A stretch of 64,000 nucleotides of DNA from Moniliella sp. 'wahieum' (taxonomy: Eukaryota): assembly GCA_003971905.1 (NCBI GenBank), contig RSEE01000129.1:62001-126000 (forward strand), given 5' to 3'. The notes beneath the pieces were generated by a model, which saw only the letters and a program-made list of their open reading frames with translations, was not told the origin of the DNA and searched no databases. A program made the position numbers and the translations under genes. This document shows, piece after piece, positions 41,194-53,100 of this stretch (position 1 is the stretch's first letter; every line of letters begins with the position of its first letter).

Positions 41194-42747
41194 TCAGTAG
41201 TCAAACCGGTCCGGGAAGAGCAGCGGGGCAAGCAAGCTCCACGTATACAACCCCACACATACCCAAGAACTCACGATCCGCATCCACATCGACGTGCTGG
41301 AGCGCCCAATCAAGGCTACGGGGCCTTCCTCGGAATCCGACTCGTCCGCCTCGCTCAACTTGACCCACCGCCAGTCGGTCAACAGCATGGCCGTGTAGCA
41401 AGCGGCCATGGCAAAGACCAAGTGGAAAAAGGCATAGTTGTACCTTGTCCCGTTCCGCTCATCGTCGCCTTCGTCGCTGTTTCCGTTGGCCATAGCTTCT
41501 TCTTCTTCTCTCCGCCTCGGCCTCGTCCAGCGCCGACTGCGGGATCGCACCAGCTTCCACCGCCGCCTGCAGCGCTTGGATTCGCATCGTCGTCCGTCCA
41601 GCCGATGGCGGCTCGGTAATCACCCCCCCACGCGCTTCGGCATCGCTGCTGGCCAGAGGACCATAGCCCATCGGCGCCGTCGCATACGACGCTACTTCGT
41701 ACTTGTTGCGTTCGGCGCGTGCCTTGCCGACCAAGGTGTTGGACTGGGTCGCAGCTCGACTGGTGCTGTACGCAATGGCCAAAAAGGTGAACAAGGCCCC
41801 GACCACCGCGGTGGTCGTCTTGACCGATCCACCGCGGCCCGCGTAATCGGGTTGCACTTCTCGTCGTCGCGGTTGATCACGGCCGAGGCGGTGAGGTAGG
41901 AGCAGTAGGCAGCCACCATGGAGGCTTGGGCCAGGCCCGAGCGCGGGTTGGCCGTCTGCACAGCAGGCGAAATGGAAAGGAAAGTAAGGGCAAGGATGAG
42001 GATGAGGTTGAGGCTGATCAAGCTTTGGTTGAGATGGCACCCTTCCGAAGCAAAGAACCCATACAGCACCCCCGTCACACTGAGCGCCACCACGTACATG
42101 CCCACCGTGCTGCCAATCAGGGTGAACTTCCAAAAGTCCGATTCGGTGCGTTCCCAGTTATCCAAGCACGTCTCCGACCACGTGTAGACAAAGTCGATCA
42201 GCAGAACCAGTCCCACCACGATAAAGCAAGTGGCGAGCAACAAGGCGGGGTAGGTGCCCCAAACAACGAAAAAGCCATTGGGAACAAAAAACATACCCAC
42301 CACCAACACGGCCCATAACAGTACCTTGGGACCCCACCAACCATTCTGCAACGCAGCACGACGCGACCGGGTATCCTTGACCCCAATCAACGCCGCGCCC
42401 AGCACAAGGTGCAGCAGCACCAACGCAAACGTGATGCGGTGCACGGCCAACAGGCCATAGCACCGGTCCCGGTCCGCATGGCAGTCCATCCGGATCCAAC
42501 TGTAGGACCACTGCTCTAGTTTGCGCACTGCGAGGGGCGTGCGGCTCACCCAGGCCAGCAGTGCATCGAGACAGAAGAGCAGCGCATAACCCACGCGGGT
42601 CGCAATGCTGCTCTGGCAGTTGCACGACTTGAACAGCGCCGAGGCGGCAGTGGATGTGCAGAAGCACGCGGCTGCGCTTAGACACGACGTGCCCAGCCCA
42701 GCCAGCGCGCCTCCGCCCAGCAACGGAAGCGATAACAGCGCGCCCAT
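41194..42747 (-). CDS. TMS1: Serine incorporator (Serinc/Tms1) membrane protein
   Basis: MGALLS, SCNCQSSIATRVGY, CYGLLAVHRI, RAALQNGWWGPK, YNYAFFHLVF, WSLLAPLLFPDRF. Confidence 0.93.
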
Positions 42748-43199
42748 TGCCCTGGACGCAGATGGAGACGGTGGCGGCGCTCGTCCGAGGCGGTGGCGGC
42801 GGCGGCAGCAACGAGGCGGCAACCCTAACGAGAGGCAGCGGGAGGGTTGTGAAATGTTCACGCTCCTGCGCCCGCACGTGAGCTATGACGACATGGCCGT
42901 CAAACAGCAACGTTTAACCGACTGTGATATTGCTAAAGTGCAGTCCGAATGGTCATGGACTGCTCGGCATGGCCTAGCGCCAGAGTTAGGCGCTAAAAGC
43001 GATGACCACTCCAACCCAGGGTCAGCAGCGCACAGGGCAGACCAAGAAGAATAGAGTCAAATGCGGTCCCTAACAAGGAGCGGGGAGGGATGCGCGCAAC
43101 CAAGGAAGGAGAGGAGAGAGGAGAGGAGGTAGCCAGCGATACCTGCAGGCTTGCGATGAGAGGCTCAACATGAACCACAATCCCAAAGCAAAGGTGGAG

Positions 43200-44371
43200 C
43201 TAGAGGGCAAGGCCCAGTTGGTGAACGAAGTAGGTGCATAGGTGGTAGGATGCACTGGCATTAGTAGTTCGCGTGGTAAGGCGCGCTAACTGCAGAGGGG
43301 TAGAGAAGCGTCAGTACGAGTAGCCAGGGAGGTGGGCGAGAGCAGGAGGAGGAAAAAGAAAAGGAATGCCATATGGGGGCGGAGGAGGAGAGAGAAACCA
43401 AGTAAGGAGCAATACGTACTCCCGATTGCCGATTGAGTTCCAGACGCAACAGGCACCCCACATTGCCCAGGCGAGAAGTATGCAGGACCCCAGCCCCGAC
43501 CAAGTTGGCTGGGTTCTTGTCGATCCCTGGCAGTTGGGCAAAGCCAGCACGGGAGAGGATCTGACGCGCACGCAACAGGGCGTTCCCGACCGCTTGGTCA
43601 TGCTCCCGTGCTGCTGCAGGGTCCATGACCGCAGGTGGTAGGTCAGAAGACGGAGGGTTGGCATGGGCCAACGAAGGGTGGGAAGGCGGGGCAAGGGGGA
43701 AGATGCGCTGGGCTTCGCATGGGTTGGCCGAACCAATCTGGTGCCAGCGAGCGAAAAAGTCTGAAGCACCCAACGGACCCGCCACGGGCTCTAGGAAGCG
43801 CGAAAGCGGTAGCGGGAGGGGGAGCAAGAGGTGTACGCGCTTCCCGCCCGCGACGGAGGCAGGGGAAGGTTGTATGGTGGGGTGAACAAAACGAACTTCC
43901 AGCACCAAGGGAGATTGTCCCATTTGCCCACTTGCATAAGGCATCGCGCACTCTACGCGCACTACGTGGCCCAGTTGCGTTTCGGGAGCCAAGGCCAAGG
44001 GCATATCATCAAGGGCGGGTAGGCTAGAGCGGATCGAGAGCGGCGCGGAGCTGGAGTGGCTGTGGGAGAAGGGGAGGTGTCAGGCACGGAGCGAGCGCGT
44101 ACGTTAACCGAAAATTCCTCTCAACACGCCGAGGGGAGCTTGTTGCCATAGAAGATGGCCACGTCCCCTGGCCCCGATCGATATTGCGAAAGGCGGTTTT
44201 GAGCCCGATTTGGATGGTCTCAGACTCGTACAACACCGCCTCGCCTCGGTCGAGCAATGCGGAGTACCGTGCGGGGGATATGGCTGGCGTCAATGGTCCG
44301 GTGGGCGTGGCGATTGAAGGTGGTGCCAGCGCCTGAGGCGCCGCGGGCGGCATGACATGGACAGCTGCCAT
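43200..44371 (-). CDS. Stand-alone AP-2 alpha-adaptin appendage (ear) domain protein; intron 43290-43419
   Basis: AVLYESETIQIGLK (Ig-like subdomain); DFFARWHQIG..EAQRIF, GIDKNPANLVGAGVLHT, VGCLLRLE, then spliced LARLTTRTTN (platform subdomain). No trunk coding sequence upstream. Confidence 0.8.
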
Positions 44372-44600
44372 GGGTGGAAGCACATGGAAAAAGAGGGAGG
44401 GAGCGGGGCGATTTCGCCTTGAATGCGACTGGCTAGTCGGAAGTCGCGAGAAAACGAGAAGAGGGACAGATAGGTCAAATCCAGATGATAGGCAAGCCGG
44501 GGGACGGGGGAGTGGATGATGGGAACTGGCTCATTGGGGGCGTGGCGGGGCCCATCATAGCAAATTGTTAGACTGTGATCCTGATGCAGCTGCTTATCCC

Positions 44601-44672
44601 GGCTCGATAGCGTAGTGGTAACGCATCCCTGGCCAATAGGCGATGACATGGGTTCGAATCCCATTCGAGTCT
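44601..44672 (+). tRNA. tRNA-like gene with non-canonical anticodon arm (nominal CCA with G33; identity undetermined)
   Basis: Acceptor GGCTCGA/TCGAGTC, D arm GCGT-AGTGGTA-ACGC, T arm ATGGG-TTCGAAT-CCCAT, TTTTT at 44677-44681. Anticodon arm reads TCCCT-GGCCAAT-AGGCG. Confidence 0.75.
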
Positions 44673-45228
44673 CTTCTTTTCCTCACTTTCCCCCGGGCTG
44701 TGCCCTCTCACACAAATGCTCTGGCTGAGGCCGAGGTGTGCTGAAGCTGAGGCAGGCTGAAGTAGGCTCAAGCTGAGGGTAAGGCGCGCTGAGGCAGGTG
44801 CAAGAATATGCAACACACAATTGATAAGATTGTATGTGACTCGGGTCGCCCTATCTTGCCAAATATTGCTGTTCAAGGTTCAAGAGGAACGTCGCATCCG
44901 CCGAGCCGGTCGCCACGTTGCTCCACTGCCCCCCCGCCGGGCCTGGCGCGGTGCTGCTGACACTGCCGCCATGCCCAGCGGATGGAGCTAGGGTTGCACC
45001 CTTCGGCTGCATTCGAGACGCGGCCAGGCGTCGATTTGATTCGCACTTCCGCCCCTGTCGTTCCGCCATGCGGCTTCTTCCCCGCCGCGGCGGGCGGCCA
45101 CGAGGAAGCTCGGCTTAGCTCAGCCGGGCCTGGGCGCTGTGGGCGGCTCGGGCTCAGCCCATCTGGTGAGGTGGGCGTGTCGAGCGACATCTTCCTCGTG
45201 CCCACCAACCACCTTCCCCTTGTCCATC

Positions 45229-45818
45229 ATGGCCCGTCGTGCGCGCAGCTGCTTTGTGTGTGGAAAGCTCGGCCACCTCGCCTCGGAGTGCACCAGCCCC
45301 GAGCGGGTGTGCTTCAACTGTGGCAACCTGGGCCACGAGAGCAACGCTTGCCCCGAGCCCCACTCGGCCACCCAGCGCCAGTGCTACCGCTGTGGCCAGT
45401 CGGGCCACATCAAGGCCGACTGCCCCAACGAGCCCGTCCAAATTGAGCAGACCCCCGCCGCTGCCGGCAAGGCCTCCACCAACACCGAGACGCCTGCCCC
45501 CCGCCCGGCCAAGACCAAGGCATGCTACAACTGTGGCTCCCACGACCACTTGGCCCGCGACTGCCCTGAGCCGGCGTCAGGCGAGCCCGTGCCCGCGCCC
45601 AACACCTCGCGCGTGCGCTGCCGTAACTGCTCGGAGCGCGGCCACTTTGCCCGTGACTGCCCCAACGACAAGAAGTGCTACCGCTGCCAGGGCACTGGTC
45701 ACGTATGTTGACTTGTTTCTCGTCTTGTGTGCTTTTTTGGGTCTTGCTAACGTGTTATCCTTGTCTTTCACCTCCTCCCCAGATCGCGCGTGACTGCCCC
45801 AACGAGAAGGCGGAGTAA
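45229..45818 (+). CDS. GIS2: CCHC zinc-knuckle nucleic-acid-binding protein (Gis2/CNBP/Byr3 family); intron 45703-45782
   Basis: Six CX2CX4HX4C knuckles; the last is completed across a GTATGT...GCTAAC...CAG intron. Confidence 0.85.
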
Positions 45819-47259
45819 ATGCCAGCGCATGCGTCTTTGCCTCCTGTTGGACAAGGCCTTTGATGTCTGTTGGCCTATGCTCGTTGTTGTTGCTTGGTTC
45901 GGTGTGGACTTGATATCCTATCACCTTCCCTCGCCCCCCACCCCCCCCCCCCCCCCTCCCATCCTCTCTGTTCGTTTTGTCTCACTATAGACCAGACGTT
46001 CCTTCTGCAAACTGCAGATCTCCATGTTCTAGCGGTCTGCCTCAAGACTGGACGGAAAGGCAGAGTGCATCCATAGGGAACACCATGGCCCAGTCATGAT
46101 ACGGGAACTTCGCCGGTTAGTTACGGGCGCTCCGGTTAGCTCCGCACGCTGAGCCCCGCATGTCGTGGGCATCTTATCCAAACATGCGTCAGTCCCGTTA
46201 GACTAGCGAGAGAGCCAGAAGGAACACTATCCATGCCGCGGATCCTTTTCGCGGAGAGCCACGGGCGAACCGGACTTATAGTACGAAGTTTCGTATCTGC
46301 GGCGTCCGGTCTTGGAAGAACAGGCCGCGCTTGCCCCTTACTACTACTGTAGATTCCCCTTCTTCTGTTTATACCTGTCATAAGGCACTTGAGGCCAGGT
46401 TCCTCCTGTATATAAGCAGCCATGTCTATGGCTTTTTGCTAGCTGTGGTTCTTGTCGACCTGTCCCTGTCCCTGGTCTACCCCGACTTTCCATTCCTCTC
46501 TCGCCCTTCCACCGACTAGTACTACCCTTGCAAATTTACGATTCACGTCGATTACACTGCAAGCCGCGGTTACTCTCAGTAGAGCTTGCTTTCTTTGGGA
46601 CTCCGTCTGATTTCGCCTACTACAGCGCGTCGAGTTTGGTGACGCTGCGGGGAACAGCATTACCGCCGGTTACCCCGGAGCTCCTGGACCCCTTCGACTG
46701 CTCTGACGACCTACGTGCGCGGGTCCTACCCTAAGGGTCTGAGCTGTAGCCTTTGGACGCAGGCAGTCACCCAAACTAGAGGGTCTCTCCTTCGCCTCCA
46801 CACCCCGCTCGGTTCAACCAGGATTTGAAGCAGGACCTAACGTGCGTGCCTCCGATTGGCCGTCCAAGGGTTTGAACGGGCATCGTCTAGAACGAGGTGG
46901 CGGATGGTGAGAGAGGGAGAGCCAGGGCACGACGCTCTGGGGAGAACAGGGGAACACAGCTGTGGCGGGAGCCTAATGTAATGGCGTTGTCCTTCTCCGC
47001 CCACCTACGTCCTGCTGCTGCTCTAGCACTCGTGCTTCACCCACCGCACCCCTCACCCAGAGTCAGCAGCAATCGACAGCACTGGGTGTCTGCCGATTCT
47101 TATATTCCCTCTATCTCGTGCATCGTGACCACGGTGGCCACATAAAGGGTCAGCAGGTCCCATCAGGCCCATCAAGCCTGTGTGCAATGTTCATTTGGAC
47201 ACGCCACGTGCTACATCCATCCCATCCAGGGCCTTGCTCCGCCCCCGCCGCCCCGCAAA

Positions 47260-48214
47260 TCAGCGCCGCTTCTTGGTCCCAGTTGCCTTCTTGACCGCGG
47301 TCGCGTGAGCCTTGCCCTGGTTCCGGCCATCCTCAATCGCCTCCTTGAACAAGGACCCAATGTCACCCGACTGCATCGCGGCCATCTTCGCGTTCATAGA
47401 GGCCTGCTGCTGCCAGCTCCTTGAGCGACTCGGGGTCCAAATTGGCCTGTGAGGGATAACAGACAAGCACCGAAAAATAAGTATCAGTCAGTCACTCAGT
47501 CGCATTCTCAGCCACCCAGGGCCACAGCGGGACTAAATCGACGTACCACCAGCTTGGGCATAAGGAAGACCATTGCACCACCAAAGATGGCGATCAGGAC
47601 CATGGGCGACTTGAGCATGCCCATCAGGTCAAACGCTTGCGGTTCGGTAAAGAACTCGAGCTTGGCACTGGGCTGGAGTGTGAAGGGCACAGGCAACGGT
47701 GCCTGGCTCAGGGCACCTTCAATGCCGCCCGGGATGTTGGGGGTGAGTCGGATCTTGACCAGTTGGCTGGAAGCGGCGCCGTGCGCGCGCGGCAGCGGCA
47801 GCGGCGGCAGCAGCAGCGGGAGACTTGGGGTCCGCAGTGGGGTCGACAGCAGGCACAGGCGCCTCGGTGGGGGCAGGGTTGACGTCGACACGGTAGGTGT
47901 TGAAGGCGTGCCAGCGGGACTGAAGGGAGAGAAGGTACGTGCCTGGCGCCACGTCGGGGAAGATGAACTTGCCATCTTGACGAATGAGGGTGTTGTAGTG
48001 GGAAGGCAGGGCAGCGAGCTCGACGGGGGTCATGGTTGAGGCAGGCGCATTGGCGCTGGGTTTGCGAACGAGGTGGACCTGCGTCGTTGCCGAGCAACGC
48101 AAGGTCTTGCAGGTGGGCACCCACTTGAACTTGCCCGCTGACAGCAACGGGCGATGCAGAAGCAAGAGCAGTGCACGCGCTCAGCAACACAGCCAAGGCA
48201 GAGAGGAGACGCAT
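47260..48214 (-). CDS. EMC7: ER membrane protein complex subunit 7-like; intron 47447-47546
   Basis: Signal peptide; IRQDGKFIFPDVAPGTYLL..RVDV; FFTEPQAFDLMGMLKSPMVLIAIFGGAMVFLMPKL|ANLDPE; basic C-terminus. Confidence 0.8.
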
Positions 48215-51200
48215 GGTGCCTGCCCAGCCAGTCTGTTCGTCGTCGCCGGCGGTGGATGGATGCCGATGGATGCCGATGTGTCGGCCAGATGGGGGTCGCC
48301 CCCAATTCCGCAGCGCCACGACAGCAGCGCTGGCGCGAGCGCTGTTACGTAACAGGTGTAAGTCTAGGCAGGTCCCCAGGCACAAGGCGTCCTTGACTGG
48401 TTTTTATCACATTTCAATCTGGTGGGGGGCTGGGCAGGCTGGGCGGCCTGCCTGGCCCCCTGGCCTGTACTGCTGCTACCAGACAAAAAGGCACGAGCCA
48501 TTCGCGCTGCCGTTCGTTCGGCGGGGGCGCGGGACGCGCGCAGCGCTCGCCCGGCAACCGCCGGCGTCGCCTGCCTGAGGTAAGGTGGGTTTGCGCTTCG
48601 CCTTGTGCTCGCCTAGGCCAGCCTTCGGCACGTGTGCCGACGGGGCCGGGTGGGACCGAGGGACGATATACTACGATCGCTTGGCGTTTCTTGCGATTGG
48701 CAGCGGCCGTTGCCGCAGCCGGTGGGGGGGGGTGTCGGAAGGTGTTGGACGCTGGGCGTTGGGCGCGGGCGCCGGACTAGGGTGGCTTGCTGTCAGGCGG
48801 CGGAGTCCGCTGGCGTCGCTTGCCGCGGGCGAGAACGTGCGCGGGAGATGGGGCAGACGCAGGCAGGGGGGCACAGAGGACATGCAACCTACTCTGACGT
48901 CATAAGGCCGGGCCCAGGCTAGGTGCTGCTGCGCCCCTGCTGTGCGCTGCCTGCCGGCCATGCCGGCCCTGCCGCGCCCGCTGCTTCCAAAAATCGCAAC
49001 GATCCTACAAGTAACGCGCGACGTCATCGCGACGCCAAGTGCTCTCCCGTGCCCTGCACGACCCGGCGCGATGGACGCAGCGACGGAGCGGCTATAGGCT
49101 GGGGACGGGCGGCCGGCGAGGGTCTGAAGGTTACCATCGATACCAGAGTCATACTCACCCACTAGCCACTGCATCACATTATACGCGCCCACTCCTGGCT
49201 GGTTGTCTCTCGTCCAGGACTGTGTATTAATACGCGCTGCGTGTCTCGTTGCCGTCCTGCACCGTTCAGGCACGTCTGTGTTAGTCCCGACCTGCACACT
49301 GGCGTTGTGCCGGGTGCTTCTCAACTCCCCCCCGCCTGCCATCGCATCGGCGACGCCACGGACGCCACGGGCGGCACGTCAATGTCTCTTTGGCTCAAAC
49401 CAGCGGCTTGGGGGCGGAGAGGTACTGGCTGGTCCTCTGATGCCTGATGATGGACCAAGTGTCATTAGCAACACTCGACTGTGCACCCCCCAACCGGCTT
49501 CTTTCGAGACGGTGCCCTGTGGCTTCTCCATAATGTAACCGCTAGACAAAGCTTATTCATATCAGGGTTTGAGGAAGAGTCTCGACCCTTTTGCTGCTTT
49601 GCGGTAATATTAGTCTCCTCAGCCTCTCACAGCAAGACCTTTTTTCTGTAGTAATACTGTCTCATCGTTCCCTCTCCCGAGTACCCGCGTACAACGCGAA
49701 GGGTGAAAAATAGGGACGTTTGACGCTGCTACGCGGCTGTTGGCCGCGATGGGCCTCAGCGCCGAGAACGAGGAACCAAAAGGGGGGACTCAGCGAAGAG
49801 GGGCAATACGATGGAGAGGATATCGCGCTGTGCGCAAGTGCGCGTCCGCAGCCGGTCTGCGTCACACTCTCGCAGGTTTGAATATAGCCTTGTTTGACCA
49901 AGCGGAGAACTTGGGAAAGCAATAAGTAGAGGTCTAGACCATCGGTTGTTTTGAAACGCGTCCGTGCCCTTGGATGCAGAGAGACATCAGCTTCAGCAGG
50001 CTTCAGCCTCTTCCAAGCACGGGGGGTGCGTGCGGCTATGGCCGGCTATACTGTTCTTCTCGATGGCAACGCGATCACAGCGCTAGATTGTGTTGCATAG
50101 CGTCGATGCTCTGCCTAAGTGTGTCTGCGGTGGCGCACGAGCTCCGCAACACCCACAGTACAGATAGATAGATTTAGGGTATACACTCTCCCCATACCAT
50201 CTCCCTTCTGTGGCAACGTGCACCAGCATGAGCAAACCAGCCGCCCCGAACCACCTACAACACGATACAACAATGTGTCTGTGCTGCGTGTTTGTTTCGT
50301 ATATATACCCCCCTCCCCACCTCAACTTGATTTGTTTCCCTCCTCTTTCCTTGGCCACCACAGCAAGACTACTAGGATGAGGCCTACCACAACTGAAGCG
50401 CACGACTCTCCGACCTCCTCCCAACCATTCCCCATCTCCGGTCAGCAGAGGCGGTCTCCCCATCATCACCCCTCATCCACGCTCCGCTACCCGGTTTCCC
50501 TTGCCGCTGCCCAAGCCGCACACAACAGGGATTCACTATGCTACCATCAGCACGCATGGTGCCGACACTACAGCCGAATCAAGGGTCCGCCAACGATTCC
50601 ATCCGAACATGGCTTTACGCACATCAGTACCCTATTCCCTTCTCTGCCTCGGTCCCCGACGAGTCGATTATGTCATCCGATGTGCCGACCACTGCGTGGC
50701 GCCGAAGTGAATTTGTCTTCTTTCCATCCAAGGAAGCCCAGGGTAACCATCTCTGAGGCTCACCAAGCCTACCACCACCTTGTCGATTGCCCTAGATCTT
50801 CTCCGACGGCCAAGAATTTGAACATCCAACATCGCACGGTGTCGGCACAGCAGACTGCACATGCAGCCTGGTGCAACGCCCATCTTCAAACATGAGTTCG
50901 GTACGTTGGTTCTCTCTCGGTTTCGGCCCTCTCTCCCCTTTGGGACTGAAACGATCATGCCAGGTCGCAACGGTGCGTCCTAGTACGTACGGGACCGAAC
51001 AACGTCCTCTCATCTTTTTACCCGTTGGCCACGCGGAAGCTGGCGTCCCACCGGAACTAGCGACGCCTATACCCCACCCATTGCCCTGCCCTGCCCACGC
51101 CCCGTCCGTCCCTGTCCACCGACCAACTCTCTTCCGGCTTTGCATCCAACGACCCCCCTCCCAAGAACGTACCCTGCCACATCAATCTCCACACTTGGCT

Positions 51201-51240
51201 TGCCCCTATGGCGATCCTACTTACCCCCCCCTCCAACCCC

Positions 51241-51900
51241 ATGGATCCGAACGGCGGCCACGATGACCCCCCTCCGCCGTATACCCTGTTGCCCGAAGAC
51301 GAGTTTGTGCAAATGGCTTGGTCTGCCCCGGCCGCATTTAGTGTTCCGGCGCAGTTGGCGCCTTTGACCCCGACCGCGTCCGACCCGGATCAAGTTGCGC
51401 CTCGTCCTACCGCGTTTGTTGCTTTCCCCCGCGCCACCGATGCAGGAGGTGATTACGCGGGTGGCAGAACGACACGGGCCATACGAAGCGCTGCGTTCGG
51501 CGCGCTCCTACCGCCTGTTACTTTCCCTGGGTCCAACCAGGCTGTGGGGCCGGGAAACGGAGCGACTAGAGGCATCGTGTCGCAACTGGAGCGAGGGTGT
51601 GGGTTGTGCACGCGAGCATTGGTGCGGGATGCAACGCGTACCCAGCCCGTGGCCAATGACTTTACGGGCTCGCGTGAAGTTACCCTTCTTCGTGCCTGCA
51701 TGGGTTCCATACGCGCTGTGTGATCCAGCATGTGGGTCACGGTGGCTTGGCCTGCCCGGTGTGCAGGCGAGCGTACAGCTAAAAGGACCTCTGGTTGGCG
51801 GTGGTGTGCGTTCGATTTGTTTGACACTCCTACTGCCGACGACTGCCGACGTACGCAGCTGGGTATGGCTGGCTGGGTTGGACTTCTATTCGGTGTACAT
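51241..51900 (+). CDS. Hypothetical protein with N-terminal PPPY motif; 3' end uncertain
   Basis: MDPNGGHDDPPPPYTLLP start followed by frameshifted + strand ORFs. No family recognised. Confidence 0.3.
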
Positions 51901-52046
51901 GTAACTGTGAATCTGAGTGTGTATCTATTCCATTCCATTCCATTTCATTCAATTTGCTCGCCACCATCTTGAGTGTACCAACTCCCAACGGAGGGCCGCA
52001 GAAGGTTATACAGTCTATTATTACAAGACAAACTGTTTATCACGTG

Positions 52047-52136
52047 TCCTCGATGGTCCAACGGCTATGATGTGACGCTCTCACAGCTTGTTTGCTGGGA
52101 ACCGTCAAGACCCGGGTTCGACTCCCGGTCGGGGAA
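52047..52136 (+). tRNA. tRNA-Glu(CTC) with short intron
   Basis: TCCTCGA/TCGGGGA-A acceptor, TGACG-CT-CTC-A[intron]C-CGTCA anticodon arm, CCGGG-TTCGACT-CCCGG T arm, followed by a T-rich terminator. Confidence 0.92.
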
Positions 52137-53100
52137 CTTTCTTTTTGGCGCAGACGGATCCGCACGCTCATTTCCGTGTGCAGCCTGCTGGAAACCGAGC
52201 GAAACGCAAGGATGTTGGAAGAGGACAGAAATGAAAGAAAGGGGCTCTTCTCCGCACTCGGTAACTCCGTAGCCAGTGTGGTTCGGGGGGGGGTAGCGGC
52301 GGCCTTTTGCGTCCCCCTCCCCTGCTTTCCTCTCCCTCTGCAAATCCGCCCATGCTCCAGAGACCGTCCGTCTTCGTCACTCGCAAATCTGATTCTATAG
52401 CGCCATGTCGGATTCGTGAACTAACTGGTCAATAGCCAACAGTGATAGTGGTACAATGAAAAGTGAACTGTGATGGGGGAGTCGCATAAACTGCGATGCC
52501 CTTGTGGTTCTACTACAGTTGTGGAACCTAGTAGCAACGTTTGCGTCCTACACAACTAGCTGGGAGTTTGGGGGGTGCGATACTTGTCTGATATGATGGA
52601 TGCCGTGCGTCCGTCCCATATAATGTGTATGTTAGTTGGATGCGGTTTCGATCGTGCCAGAATGTGAGAGGCTCTCTACTTGGAACGTAGAATCGAGCCC
52701 ATGCGTTGCTGGTTCACAGGTCACAGGTGGGAATGTCTTGGTGGAGAGAAGAGGAAAGGAACCAAAAGTCAAGTGGGGCGAATGCCATGATGATCATGAT
52801 GTGGGTAACAGAGAGGAAGGAAAAGAGGCATGATGCATGATGTCATGGGGAGGAAGCTGGAAGTATGGTAAGTGTACACAAAGTGAGATATCGATTCATC
52901 GACCATCGAGCATACGATCGATCATCGATTCGATCATGCAGGCCGCATCGCGCAAGGCTAGTCGCTAGTCAGGGCATAGGAACCCGCCTCGGGCAGCGTG
53001 GTACTTACTAGCCCTGCTGGCTTCATTAACGCATCAACGCATCAACAAGGCCCAGGCCCAGGGCCAAGCCAGGCCCACAGATAACTGAGCACCGGCCGGG

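Noticed and set aside
32481..42747. Secondary-metabolite cluster around the NRPS-like gene
   Set aside because: Neighbours are housekeeping genes; there are no tailoring enzymes or transporters.
45229..45711. CCHC knuckles as a retroviral gag remnant
   Set aside because: Six knuckles, a spliceosomal intron and no pol sequence indicate a cellular Gis2/CNBP gene.
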